DNA from: an uncultured Cellvibrionaceae bacterium
Lineage (GTDB): Bacteria > Pseudomonadota > Gammaproteobacteria > Pseudomonadales > Cellvibrionaceae
DNA: 64,000 bases
Reading direction: 5' to 3'
Assembly (NCBI GenBank): GCA_964451365.1
Contig: CAYVIB010000030.1
Coordinates: forward strand, 4,789 to 68,788
Below are positions 32,401 through 39,721 of this stretch, piece after piece. Each line of letters opens with the position of its first letter. Position 1 is the stretch's first letter. The translations under genes were made by a program, and so were the position numbers. The notes under the pieces are model-generated. The model was not told the origin of the DNA. It saw only the letters and a program-made list of their open reading frames with translations, and ran no database searches.

Positions 32401-34728
32401 CAGGTAATCCGGGTCTTTATGCCCGTCCGGCTTGGCCAGCACTAATGTACCGCCGTAACCAAGTGTCCAGAAAAATTCCCAGACTGAAACGTCAAAACTA
32501 TAAGGTGTCTTCTGGAGTACACGATCCCCTTCATTCAGTTGATAGGTGTTTTGCATCCAGTCCAGCCGGTTTACCAAAGCCAAATGCTCGACCATTACCC
32601 CTTTTGGCTGACCGGTGGAGCCTGATGTATAAATAACGTAGGCAAGACTGTCTGACCCCGCTCCGTCGTTTCGGTCAATATCCGTAACAGGAGCCTTATC
32701 CAACCGGTCACCCAAAAGATCCAGATTAAACAGTTTCAGTCCAGCCGCTGAAGTAAAGGATGACGCCTCACCTGATTCTGTAATAAGGTAGCCGAGATCG
32801 GTATCTTCGAGAATGTACCGCCGACGAGCTTCGGGGTAGTCCGGATCCAACGGTACATAGGCTCCGCCGGCTTTCAATACCGCCAGCAAGCTCACCACCA
32901 TTTCCACCGAGCGATGCAAACAAATTCCCACCAGGCTTTGCTTCGCGACGCCTTCGCGCTTGAGTAAATGCGCGAGCTGGTTGGCTCTGGTATTCAGCTG
33001 GCTGTAGGAAATCTCAACACCTTCGAAAACCAGAGCCTCCCTGTTTGGAAAGCACTTCACTTGGTTTTCGAACAACTCATGAACCAGAACATCTTCCGGA
33101 AACTCGCGTTGCGTCGCGTTTAGCGTTTCCCGGAGATACCATACTTCCTGCTCGGAAATAACAGGTATGCTATTCAGTGCAATGCTGCCAGGGTCACCAC
33201 TGAGATATTGAAGGACCCGAACGAGGCTGTCGGCCAGACGAGTGATAGTTTCATCTTTGAAAATAGAAGTATCGTATTCCCAACAGATAGCCAGTCCGCC
33301 ATTCTCTTCCTTCTCCGCGTTGATATTCAAATCGAACTTGGCGACGACATTCGTTCGTTCAACCGGCGAGAATACCACGCCCGGCAAAACCAGACGCTCC
33401 TGATCACTGGTATCCATCGTGAACATAATCTGAAAAACGGGAGTGTGCTGGCCGCTACGGGGGACTCCAAGGAAATCAACAAGATAATCAAACGGAACGT
33501 CCTGATTTGCCTGGGCTTCCAGGTTCGTCTGTTTGACGTGCTCCAAATATTCCGCAAAAGTACTGAAGTTGGTATTAATTCGCAAAGGCAGGGTATTTAT
33601 GAAGCAGCCTATTAGTGATTCCACTTCCTGATGCAAACGATTGGCAACCGGAGTACCAATAACAATATCATCGGTATTTGCGTAGCGGGACAATACCAGA
33701 CCCAGCGCCGCGTGCAGCAATATGAATGGGGTCACCCTTTCCCGTTTTGCAGTGGCAACCACAAGGTCATGCAGATCGGAATCAATAACCCGGCGCAAAA
33801 TCGCACCCGAGAAGGTTTTTTTGACCGGGCGCGGATAGTCCAATGGCAAACCGTGAGTGACAGGCAACTCCTTCAGTTTACTTGACCAATAGTCAACCTC
33901 CCTGGACAACAACCCCTCCGCCAGCCAATACCTTTGCCAATACGCATAATCGAAATACTGTACGTCTGGCTCAACAATATCCTGGTCATTGAATTGAACA
34001 GTCTCTTGCGACAATGCTCGGTAGTTGTCAGTAAACTCTTTGATAAAAAGGCCCACCGACCAGCCGTCTGACGCTATATGATGCATACTGACAAGGAAAG
34101 CGCCCTGGTCTTCGTCCGGGTTATCCGAAAGAAAAATATACGATGCCCTGATGAGCAGGTCAGCACTCAGATCGAAAATTCTGTAGCTGTCTTCCTCGAT
34201 AATTGCATGCAGTTCATCTTGACGGGTCGCATCATCCAGCGTCCGCAGGTCGTGCTGCTTAAATTGGAAGCTTCCGAAATCCTGGACCCGCTGCATTGGA
34301 GTACCGTCTTTTTCATAGAAGGTGGTTCTCAGCGGCCTGTGGCGCCGGATAACATTGGCAATCGCCTTTTCAGCGACGCTCAGATCGAAGACGCCTCGCA
34401 CATAAAATGCAGCGGACATATTGTATTGCGGACTTCCGCCTTCGAGTTGGTCAAGAAACCATAGCCGTTGCTGTGGAAAAGATAAATCACACTCCCGGAG
34501 ATCCGCTGTTACCGAAGCAAGTATGCGCCGCTCTCCCGTCCCTCTTGAGTCTACAGACAGATACGACGTCAAATAGTCGATCAACTCAACCTTGTGAGAG
34601 CGAATGAGCGTTTTATGCTCCTCCGTGAGCGCCCCTTTTTTTGCGCGCGCCTTTAATTTTCCTTCATGAAGGTAAATTTCGATACCACAGTTGATCAACT
34701 GGCCTACAACCAACTCCACCTTATTCAT
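20422..34728 (-). CDS. NRPS, modules 2-5: dock-[C-A(Ser)-T]-[C-A(Thr)-T]-[C-A(Cys-type)-T]-[C-A(Thr)-MT-T]
   Basis: 4768 aa. Four HHIASDGWS C motifs lie at about 34061, 30827, 27580 and 24394. A3 cores lie at about 32598, 29358, 26152 and 22966. T serines (GGHS/GAHS) lie at about 31432, 28180, 24973 and 20609. Codes are DVWHFSLID, DFWNVGMVH, DLYDLSLIW and DFWNIGMVH. The C-terminal tail is AIEEMEW. Confidence 0.95.
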   Translation of the reverse strand: MNKVELVVGQLINCGIEIYLHEGKLKARAKKGALTEEHKTLIRSHKVELIDYLTSYLSVDSRGTGERRILASVTADLRECDLSFPQQRLWFLDQLEGGSPQYNMSAAFYVRGVFDLSVAEKAIANVIRRHRPLRTTFYEKDGTPMQRVQDFGSFQFKQHDLRTLDDATRQDELHAIIEEDSYRIFDLSADLLIRASYIFLSDNPDEDQGAFLVSMHHIASDGWSVGLFIKEFTDNYRALSQETVQFNDQDIVEPDVQYFDYAYWQRYWLAEGLLSREVDYWSSKLKELPVTHGLPLDYPRPVKKTFSGAILRRVIDSDLHDLVVATAKRERVTPFILLHAALGLVLSRYANTDDIVIGTPVANRLHQEVESLIGCFINTLPLRINTNFSTFAEYLEHVKQTNLEAQANQDVPFDYLVDFLGVPRSGQHTPVFQIMFTMDTSDQERLVLPGVVFSPVERTNVVAKFDLNINAEKEENGGLAICWEYDTSIFKDETITRLADSLVRVLQYLSGDPGSIALNSIPVISEQEVWYLRETLNATQREFPEDVLVHELFENQVKCFPNREALVFEGVEISYSQLNTRANQLAHLLKREGVAKQSLVGICLHRSVEMVVSLLAVLKAGGAYVPLDPDYPEARRRYILEDTDLGYLITESGEASSFTSAAGLKLFNLDLLGDRLDKAPVTDIDRNDGAGSDSLAYVIYTSGSTGQPKGVMVEHLALVNRLDWMQNTYQLNEGDRVLQKTPYSFDVSVWEFFWTLGYGGTLVLAKPDGHKDPDYLSEIINRERVTTLHFVPSMLDVFLASPLAYLGDSVRQVFCSGEALPVESVCKFRERGFRATLHNLYGPTEAAIDVTSFNCEELNGYRSVPIGKPIQNISLYILDDHLNLCPLGSIGELFIGGVGLARGYLNKPELTEQRFIVNPFSGDSSERLYRTGDLVRYLPCGNIEYIGRTDNQVKIRGFRIELGEIESRLQDCHGIKSCLVAAVTGADNQKLLVAYVQLESDGANGGETLGAAKQLLAAVLPEYMLPSVYIPIDQWPLTANGKIDRKALPTIDTCLSGDDYLAPQTDLEAGLAAIWSELLGLEENRISVNKSFFEIGGHSLLAVKLVSRVRQKLQSDIALRDVFEYPTIRALAARLNTGSPVDPLSEITPRESEDGRYPLTFSQKRLWFLNKLNRLGSDYNMPAAFEVEGELDIDRLGECIKTILKRHTVLRSVYRESGDGLYQVVKPENDFVVERIDLSHLNETEKALQSKHLTEQHAAAPFDLEIDLMIRVAYVLLSRIEGKRTKGMLLFNMHHIASDGWSLQILVKELSTLYASGSGRLESVLPELSIQYSDFAQWQAEYLNKDRLRRQMDYWRKQLSDIPALHGINTDYPRVEEGSPKGRSVKSTLPKHIAAGISELANHHRITPFMVAHSALALVLSRHSNSQDIVIGTPVANRMHEQLEGLIGGFVNTLVLRLNTADMTVAEFFAHVRDVHISAQDNQDVPFEELVESLNVPRSRLHTPVFQIMLTTNTSFASGSEARLDLAGVEVSPVAYENINAKFDLEIGVDINEDGVNLDWVYDSRLFSREHIKQIQNHFINLLIGLVDISHSPEKTSVRRVSQLPLLSQFEIDELLVTLNRTENRLPEHSLIHRLFEAQAKRTPDAVALSFGSRKLTYRELNHQADCIAATLLEEGVSPGTLVGLCVDRSFELVTGIIAILKAGGGYVPMDPNYPDSRLEYIINDCQLQFLVTDGQLAERFAGRDMTIIDVGEKRHDGATVRLPGAGVEVDPESVAYIIYTSGSTGNPKGVVQTHKNAIRLFSTTQPYFDFDESDVWVLFHSMSFDFSVWELWGALFFGGKLVVPDKITIKDTEKFVQLCLDEKVTVLNQTPSAFKTFSEAALAGGTGLASLRYVVFGGEAFEPSIILPWRQGFPDLSVDFINMYGITETTVHASYWKVPQELPSSSVIGRKLDDQKIYILDSNKNLVPKYATGELYIGGAGLATGYLNRPELTEERFMPNPFGLDSKDRLYRTGDLARYLPDGNLAYCGRMDDQVKIRGFRIELGEISNHINHTGLFSSCAVVVREDEPGEKYIAAYLVSREGRESAGRLLPALKESLDKHLPEYMHPAAYVVLDALPRTTNGKIDKRNLPKPEISDLTKQYVPPGDEIESSLVGVWARILKRDQTEIGIQTSFFELGGHSLLGVRLISEIRETFGCDISISALFERQTVSRLAELLREHEAPVAKTHIEPLERNRNDYPLSFHQQRMWFIDRMQESGAAYNIPAFLRVSGKFSLASAQQALADIVERHEVLRSVYVNGESGPVQIINPPSEFVINRIDLSGLTDREKEKALEEAINEELQKPFSLHADLMLRCAFIELSASEEKSDGVFVLNMHHIASDGWSLSIIIKEFVELYRGYLLGEPVFLEPLPLQYIDYANWLIGEIGEGRLQDQADYWTSKLSGLPQVHSLPLDKPRPREQSFNGAIFEFGLGKEQVSQLKKVAGDSGVTFFMALHAVFSLLLARYSNEKDIVIGVPVANRPNKSLEALVGFFVNTVVLRTDCSAGKSFPHYLQHVKEVNLEAQKNQDLPFQQLLEVINPTRSRSHSPLFQIMFSMDNNEQMDLAIPGAIIEPYEPKQMFAKLDLVLHAKEAADQLRLTFEYNTDIFRESTIARMADHFKNLVFSVIQQPDQDILALPLVGDREREHLVRDLNRTGEGFPSDICMHELFIRSVTQFPGNIALRDEFGSMTYAELFAEAYALYQHLSDLGIHCEERVGIRLPKGRGQLVATLGIMMAGGAYLPMEVKWPADRCARICEKAQCRYIVSDSDLTQSGVTSLKPGALVKGIDSKESVGVAKRFKRLQTPETLAYVIFTSGSTGEPKGVEIEHQAVVNTLLTINQEYGINDRDSVLAVSALSFDLSVYDLFGLLAVGGTVVFPEDDKAMDPGHWLEMVEAHNVTVWDTVPVSASLLVEQLELQNRTATSALKQVLMSGDWIAPDLPARLWKAFPGCKTYSLGGATEGSIWSIHYPILQDTSRWKSVPYGKPLHGQRFFILNEAGQLVPQGIPGELHIGGRGVARGYCGDESQTAARFIWHPQLNQKLYRTGDMGRYLPDGNIEFLGRVDHQVKLRGFRIELGEIEAQLVALDEIDKAVVMIRGEGESKQIVAYLVPHDKNTDSVEFGPRLREALQSRLPDYMIPTAYIAMEALPLTANGKVDYKALPDYDFREHSSHNYVAPTNDIESKLCHIWQELLGVKQIGVLDNFFEFGAHSVLALRLASQVREVFKIELPLRTLFEKPTIREIALIIESGATDTDTNMYRVAGSEFPPLSFAQQRLWFINKLNGGTPEYNMPGGFHLRGRVDYSAVKRALEEIIRRHQILRTSFRESDGKPYQFVHAEFDLPLTELDFSTLPWQEANQKADKVLFGEGEHCFDLENAIPIRFNLISLPDEHYILQYNMHHIASDGWSMSIFANEFSQLYKAYTAHCDPALPDLPVQYEDYAHWQRQYLSDDRVNDDLTWWKERLKGIPLEHNLPLDKSRPAQPGFRGSLLTRTLDRRVTSAVDAACRKHEVTLFMYLQTLFAVMISRFSNETDIVMGTAVSGRDRLEVEQLIGFFVNSLVLRTDTSGNPGFAELLKNNKGHILDAFNHQQMPFDLLVEELNPERTLTHNPVFQIMFVLQNTEAGEITLPDLEITPQERIHSDNKFDLHLLVEEVDGELAIDWIYDTDLFDRASIQQMADSYFVMLNAVLDNSNVPVWNIPLLADDEKKAISGVVVQPDTWQDLCVHQLFERQAERAPDQVALVYENDEITYQQLNSRANCLAHCLVARGVQVGDLVGLSMERSPDLIVGLLAILKSGGAYVPLDPAYPDSRLAYMLKDSGVRFIVGHADLVERVAREEYEVIVVDDSRIPEFGDDNLNDRVVTQSDLAYIIYTSGSTGNPKGVMVEHGNITRLFSASDALFGFGSDDVWTLYHSYAFDFSVWEIWGALIYGGTLVIVPIETAQSPRHFCDLLKRHRVSVLNQTPSAFYPLSSEILKSSSLDALRFVIFGGEGLQRKKLNSWFDHQIADRTRLINMYGITETTVHVTFYEVTKDDGRTGIIGAPLPDLTAIVCNRYLELQPVNVEGELLVAGSGVSRGYLNQAELTSERFITASFDGGPVRRWYRSGDLVKRLSDGNLQYVKRIDSQVKVRGFRIETGEIEYQLQRHPCIEEALVVPQKLNDDSETLVAYLRPSEQLLQRYDGSRDTDGVESWQGIFDDTYANSGGNDDIEPETDITGWQCSYRNELIPLAEMQEWVEGTIERIRALQPKHLLEVGVGTGMLLYRYGADCTSVTVTDLSRQALEKVRNGVQRKGWDHVKFLHGDAQIISNLENACFDTVVINSVVQYFPSEKYFHDMLVKLLDHLEPGGKILLGDIRNFDLLAAFATSVALYQSTEDMQTDIVYQHAVSAMQKEEELLFSPSYFSLLPERMPEIGRVDILVKEGVSMNEMMRYRYDVVLHKSPIEAKVADKWCRWLDKDHLRSQLAESKTAFGVYAYPNRRIENDVRAEKNLKTVIDGDILPLKESVSRVACDDLHRLTLLARDHGFELKATWNQQSLHKLDLLFIPLNMRNKPVVQPYTVIRKTSLVSAPQLRSISRQIVPEIKSELENRLPAFMVPQAYLLLERFPLTDNGKIGKGSLPKWVPLDDEDYVEPRDALERSLQAIWQKILNQPKVSIESNFFHLGGHSLLVHRLINEINGSLNVQLRIRDLFERSTIASLANHMRELDQLAQLVEGEDEMPGNAIEEMEW
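20850..22095 (-). other. SAM-dependent methyltransferase domain inserted in the module-5 Thr A domain (approximate bounds)
   Basis: About 400 aa lie between A8 (VKVRGFRIETGEIE, about 22196-22237) and A10 (PLTDNGKIGK, about 20761-20800). They contain SAM motif I HLLEVGVGTGML, encoded at 21829-21866. Confidence 0.85.
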
Positions 34729-34731
34729 ATA

Positions 34732-37700
34732 CTAAAATTCCACTTCCTCAACTTGAGTTTGATCCATAGAATCCAGAGCCGTGGCGATCCTCGCCCTTTC
34801 TATACCGTTTTGAACTATCTGCCCAAGCTCCCTAATTGAACATCTGTCAAATATCAGCTGTATATCCAGATGCACATCAAAACACTTTTTGATTTCGCTT
34901 TGTAAACGTATAACCAATAGGGAATGTCCACCAATTTCAAAAAAATTGGCTGTCGTCCCCAAACGTGTCTTATCTACCTGAAGGAGCCCGGACCAGATGC
35001 CGACCAGGGCTTCTTCAATTTCCGTTTCCGGTTTGGATACCTCATCATCAAATAAACTTTCAGGCACCGGCAAACTGCTTCGGTCTATCTTACCGCTGAT
35101 GAGAAGCGGCCACTTTTCTACAAAAACATACGTCGTCGGAATCATGTACCCAGGTAAAACCGCTTTTAGATGCATTTTCAGGTGACGCAAATAAACTTTG
35201 TCTTCACCTTCCGAAAGTTCCCGACTATCGTTCCGCTTTATATACGCCACCAAATAAACATTACCAGGTTCCCCGTAAGGCAAAACCACTGCTGAATCAA
35301 TACCTTCTACTTGTACGATTTCATGTTCTATTTCCGCGGGTTCCACCCTGAATCCACGTATCTGCACCTGATCATCAAGACGGCCAATAAACTCAAGCGT
35401 GCCATCTGGCAGATACCTGACCAGGTCACCCGTGCGATACATTTTCGCGTGTTCTTCTACAGCAAAAGGATCGCGAACGAAAACGCGCTGAGTCAATGCA
35501 TGATTGAAAAGATAACCTTCAGCCAGCAAACTTCCACCAATACATAGCTCTCCCGGCAGCCCGGATGGAGAACGTCTACCTTTGCCGTCGACTACGTACA
35601 AACATCTCGGGCCAACCGGTCGGCCGATACTTACACGATACTGATCCTGTTCAGTAATTCTGCGCAAGGTTGATGTGATAATGGCTTCAGTCGGACCGTA
35701 AGCGTTAAAAAGTTCACAGTTTTCCGAAGCGCCCAGCTCGAACCAGTTTTTGACAAGATGACTGCCAAGCGCCTCTCCACCCACAACAATTTTTCGCAAC
35801 GTGGAAGCTTTCCACTGAGTGTGTGTCGAACTTCCAAGCAACTGGGAGAAATATCCTACTGGCAAATCTGTAACTGTTATGCCGGAGCGTTGCGTAAAAG
35901 CAAAAAACTCTTCGACATCAGGCAAGCTTCGCTCGACAAAATGAATGGTTGCGCCGACAGCCAATCCACCAAAGGTCTGCTCAATAAAGGTATCAAAGCA
36001 GTAAGAGGCAACCTGAAGAATTTGATCCCCCTTTTTTAGCGAAAGCTCACGAACCATGGCGGAGATGTGCGTTGCCACCGCGCGGCTACGGACTGCCACG
36101 CCTTTCGGTCGTCCGGTGGATCCAGAGGTGTAGATGACGTAGGCGAGCGGATTGGACCGCTGAGGTCGTTCAGCATTCGCGGTTCCAGAAGAAGGTATAT
36201 CAACAGGCTCGCCGAAGGAGTTGACGAATATCGGGCTGACAACCTCCGGCAGAGTTTTCGCGACATCAGAATCCGCCAAGGTCAGAACGTAACGAGCCCT
36301 CGAATCTGAAAGCATGTAAGCCAACCTGGACTGCGGCTGACTCGCGTCCAAGGGCAGATAAGCGGCGCCCGCTTTCATAATAGCCAGCAGTCCGACCAGC
36401 ATCGCCGGCGATCTTTTGACACATATTCCAACCGGAACGGCGCTACCGACGCCGCAGGCGAGCAGATGCTGTGCCAGCTCATCCGCCCTGCCATTGAGCG
36501 TTCGGTATGTGAGCTTCTGGTCGCCGAAAACAACTGCGACCTCGTTGGGATTGTCTATTACCTGGCGCTCGAAAAGTTGGTGCAGGCAGGCCTCGCTATA
36601 TTGATCAATGCTCCCCGTACCCAATACAAACTGATGCCGATGTTCCGCCTCCGGAAGGATATCGATCTCCCTCAATGGCCTGCGCCCACTCTTGGGCACA
36701 ATATGCAAAAGATTGTCGAACCTGCTGGCGATATCCGAGATTTCCCTGCTTTCAAAGTACGCGAGGTTATAATCAAAGTGCACTTCGATATCATTCGTGA
36801 CCCCATCCCAAACTGTCACAGTCAGCGGCGTCTGATCGTAACCGTGAGAAAGGTATACCACTCCGGCTTTATCTTCACCAAAAGCCAAATCATTGTAATC
36901 CTGCTTGAGATAATTAAATATTACGTCATATAAAGACTGCCCTCTTCCGGCCAACTTCAACTCTTTTATAAGGTGGCCGACAGGAAAGCGTTGTCTTTTG
37001 AAGTTGCTTTTGTACCTATTACTTATATTTTCGACAAGGTCAAAAAAAGAATTGGTATCGTCCAGGCTTGCGATCAACGGACTTACGTTGGTAAAAACCC
37101 CGATCGTCTCTTTCTGTGAAGCCCCTCTTCGATTATGGGTCTGGATACCAATAGAAAGGTGACTCCGTTCATATGCCCCGCAAAAATAAAGCGCCATGAT
37201 GGTCAAAAACACCTGCGGCACGCCAACCGCCAACTCCTGAGCAAATGATTCAAGCTGCCTGAACCGTTCTCTGGAAATGTGCAGTGTGTATCGCCCACTG
37301 GGAATGCTGCTCCCGTTATCGTAACGAGTGCTATGGTATGGCGGCAACAAACGGGCGGGAAGTGGTTGGCACTGTTCCAGCCAATGCTGCTTATCCTGTG
37401 CGTACCTTCTGCTCCGCAGGTACTCCTGATCCCCACTGGACACCTGGCGCCAACACGACGCGCGAGAAGCATCGGCCGTCAAATCGTTATACTTACACCC
37501 AAGCTGTTTCGCCCAGTTCAAAAAGCCCCAACCATCCATCGCCAAATGGTGGCTAAATCCTACATAGCGGAATTCGGTAGGACCCAATTTGAGTAAAAAC
37601 GCTTTAAAAAGCTGGACATTTTCAAACGGCACCGGCGTCTCAAATAGCGTTTTAAGCCACAGATCCGCCTGCGTAGCAGGATTTTGCGCATCCGAGAAGT

Positions 37701-37959
37701 CAATGAGAGGAAGCCCGGTATCACGTTCTTCAGCTATTTGCTGCTGTATATCCGCGCCATCATTGACAATACGAATCCCAAACGCATCGTTTAGCCTGAC
37801 AACTTCCGCGTGCGCGGCCCGCATTTTTTCCACTTCTATCTTGCCGCAGGCAATATACCCCCCGATGTTGTACAACGGACAGTTGGGATGACGCAACTGG
37901 TCAAAGTAGATGTCACTTTGGCTAAGTGTCAATGGAAATGTTCGACTTGCAATTTTCAT
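34732..37959 (-). CDS. NRPS initiation module 1: C(starter-like)-A(?)-T
   Basis: 1075 aa with no docking domain. It opens directly with FPLTLSQSDIYFDQLRHPNCPLYNIGGY and SHHLAMDGWG (about 37526-37556). Motifs: A LAYVIYTSGSTGRPKG with code DTETVGAIT (not recognised), T FFEIGGHS, tail QVEEVEF. Confidence 0.9.
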   Translation of the reverse strand: MKIASRTFPLTLSQSDIYFDQLRHPNCPLYNIGGYIACGKIEVEKMRAAHAEVVRLNDAFGIRIVNDGADIQQQIAEERDTGLPLIDFSDAQNPATQADLWLKTLFETPVPFENVQLFKAFLLKLGPTEFRYVGFSHHLAMDGWGFLNWAKQLGCKYNDLTADASRASCWRQVSSGDQEYLRSRRYAQDKQHWLEQCQPLPARLLPPYHSTRYDNGSSIPSGRYTLHISRERFRQLESFAQELAVGVPQVFLTIMALYFCGAYERSHLSIGIQTHNRRGASQKETIGVFTNVSPLIASLDDTNSFFDLVENISNRYKSNFKRQRFPVGHLIKELKLAGRGQSLYDVIFNYLKQDYNDLAFGEDKAGVVYLSHGYDQTPLTVTVWDGVTNDIEVHFDYNLAYFESREISDIASRFDNLLHIVPKSGRRPLREIDILPEAEHRHQFVLGTGSIDQYSEACLHQLFERQVIDNPNEVAVVFGDQKLTYRTLNGRADELAQHLLACGVGSAVPVGICVKRSPAMLVGLLAIMKAGAAYLPLDASQPQSRLAYMLSDSRARYVLTLADSDVAKTLPEVVSPIFVNSFGEPVDIPSSGTANAERPQRSNPLAYVIYTSGSTGRPKGVAVRSRAVATHISAMVRELSLKKGDQILQVASYCFDTFIEQTFGGLAVGATIHFVERSLPDVEEFFAFTQRSGITVTDLPVGYFSQLLGSSTHTQWKASTLRKIVVGGEALGSHLVKNWFELGASENCELFNAYGPTEAIITSTLRRITEQDQYRVSIGRPVGPRCLYVVDGKGRRSPSGLPGELCIGGSLLAEGYLFNHALTQRVFVRDPFAVEEHAKMYRTGDLVRYLPDGTLEFIGRLDDQVQIRGFRVEPAEIEHEIVQVEGIDSAVVLPYGEPGNVYLVAYIKRNDSRELSEGEDKVYLRHLKMHLKAVLPGYMIPTTYVFVEKWPLLISGKIDRSSLPVPESLFDDEVSKPETEIEEALVGIWSGLLQVDKTRLGTTANFFEIGGHSLLVIRLQSEIKKCFDVHLDIQLIFDRCSIRELGQIVQNGIERARIATALDSMDQTQVEEVEF

Positions 37960-38017
37960 TGTCTCGCCATACCGCGTTTAAGTTTATAGTTATTCCAGAA
38001 AGCGCTTTTTCCTTCGC

Positions 38018-39721
38018 TTACTGGCTCGCAAGCACCTCTCCCTGCATAAGCTTTGGTGCTGCACGCCGTACATTGATTATCTTTCCCTGCTCCATCGTAA
38101 TTATCGTATCGGCAACATCAAAATAGCGGTCATCATGACTGATCACGATTACCACCTTATTCTTTTTCTTTAATTCCGGAAGAATGTCTTTATAAAAAAC
38201 ATTCTTGAATTCAGGATCCTGGTCCGCTGCCCATTCGTCAAAAAGGTATATTTCTTTATCTTCAAGAAAGGCGACCAACAAGGCCAAACGTTTTCTCTGT
38301 CCGTCCGAAAGAGACAACGTTGAAAACTTGTCTCGATCAAGCGTAACTTTTCCTGTCAAATGCAGCTTTTCCATGTAGCGTATCGCGGATTTTTCGATTT
38401 CTTCCGTCATTTCAATTAGCAGACGGTCAAAGAGATAGTAGTCCGTGTATATAGCGCTGATTTTCTGACGATAGCTGACAATATTGTCATTTCCCACAAC
38501 ACTGTTATCGAAAGCAATTTCTCCGCTTGAAGGCGTGTAATGAAGCGTCAATAGTTTGCTCAGTGTCGACTTCCCCGACCCATTCGCACCGACAATAAAA
38601 GTAATCTCTCCCCTTTTTATTTGTAAGTTCAGCGGGCCGACCTGGAAGCCGGCTTCGTCTGACGGCGATGGATAATTATATTGCACATTATCAAAGCGGA
38701 TGGAATGCCAGGCAGGAACCTCTGCCATGACGGGATTGATATCTTCTTCCGGTATTTTTCCTAATAAATTATTGAGCTTGCGGTAGGAAACAGACGCAAC
38801 GGCGATTTCAGGTATTGCGCTTAATAATATGGATATGGGACCCGCGACATATAGAAGCGTCATTACGACGCCGATCAGCTCCTCCTGGCTGATGGCATAG
38901 TAATTAACAAACACAAAGCTGACCGCGCCTATCACAAAAAAACTTAACAAGTCGCCAAAGCTAGATGATGCTCGCATTATGGTTTGCGCGGTTTTGTCCT
39001 GCTCAGCGATGCGGGACTCATTCTCAATGAGCATACGTTTAAAATAGAGCTCACGCTTTCCATGATCGAGTTTCAGTTCCTTTGCCCCGAAAATCAGTCC
39101 TTTCAGTGCCTCCTGCAACTGATCAAACCCTTCTCTTGTCTTATGTAGTATTTTTCTACCTATAGTCATCGGAACCTGATAACAAACCACTCCAAAAATT
39201 ATCGCCATCATGACAAGCTTGAACACGTCCGGATTCAAATACACCAGAAAAGTCAGCATCCCGACAACCGTGATGCCGTTGATCAGTAACGCGGGAACAG
39301 CCCTTCCGCCTGCTAAAATTCTTGGGACGTCAAGATTCAACGAAGCCACTATCTTTGAGGAGCCGATTCTTTCAATTGCTGAAATTGGTGCGGCGGATAT
39401 ACGACCATAGAACTCAGTCCGGATACCTCTCGCAACCTCAGTCGACACACGGGTCAGGATAACCTCCGAAGTTGTCCTCATAATCAGGATAAGTAGACAT
39501 AGGGCGATATAAAACAACGCCAGTTGGTAATGAGCCACCTCAAATGAAAGCAATGTTGCGACATCATCATTGATGGGCTCGAACGAAGAGTCCTGAGGGC
39601 GGATGCTGAGCAACACCAATGGGATAAGAGCGGAATAACAAACACCGGACAATCCGCCCAGCACTATCGAGATAAAAACGCGATTTGGTGCCCTGTGAGA
39701 GAAGGTACTGAATATGCTCAT
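38018..39721 (-). CDS. Fused permease-ATPase ABC exporter, SyrD/PvdE/YojI-like (cyclic-peptide exporter type)
   Basis: 567 aa with an N-terminal multi-TM domain. The C-terminal NBD has Walker A GANGSGKST, signature LSDGQRKR and the characteristic Walker B IYLFDEWAADQDPEF. It overlaps the acylase gene by 4 nt. Confidence 0.85.
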   Translation of the reverse strand: MSIFSTFSHRAPNRVFISIVLGGLSGVCYSALIPLVLLSIRPQDSSFEPINDDVATLLSFEVAHYQLALFYIALCLLILIMRTTSEVILTRVSTEVARGIRTEFYGRISAAPISAIERIGSSKIVASLNLDVPRILAGGRAVPALLINGITVVGMLTFLVYLNPDVFKLVMMAIIFGVVCYQVPMTIGRKILHKTREGFDQLQEALKGLIFGAKELKLDHGKRELYFKRMLIENESRIAEQDKTAQTIMRASSSFGDLLSFFVIGAVSFVFVNYYAISQEELIGVVMTLLYVAGPISILLSAIPEIAVASVSYRKLNNLLGKIPEEDINPVMAEVPAWHSIRFDNVQYNYPSPSDEAGFQVGPLNLQIKRGEITFIVGANGSGKSTLSKLLTLHYTPSSGEIAFDNSVVGNDNIVSYRQKISAIYTDYYLFDRLLIEMTEEIEKSAIRYMEKLHLTGKVTLDRDKFSTLSLSDGQRKRLALLVAFLEDKEIYLFDEWAADQDPEFKNVFYKDILPELKKKNKVVIVISHDDRYFDVADTIITMEQGKIINVRRAAPKLMQGEVLASQ

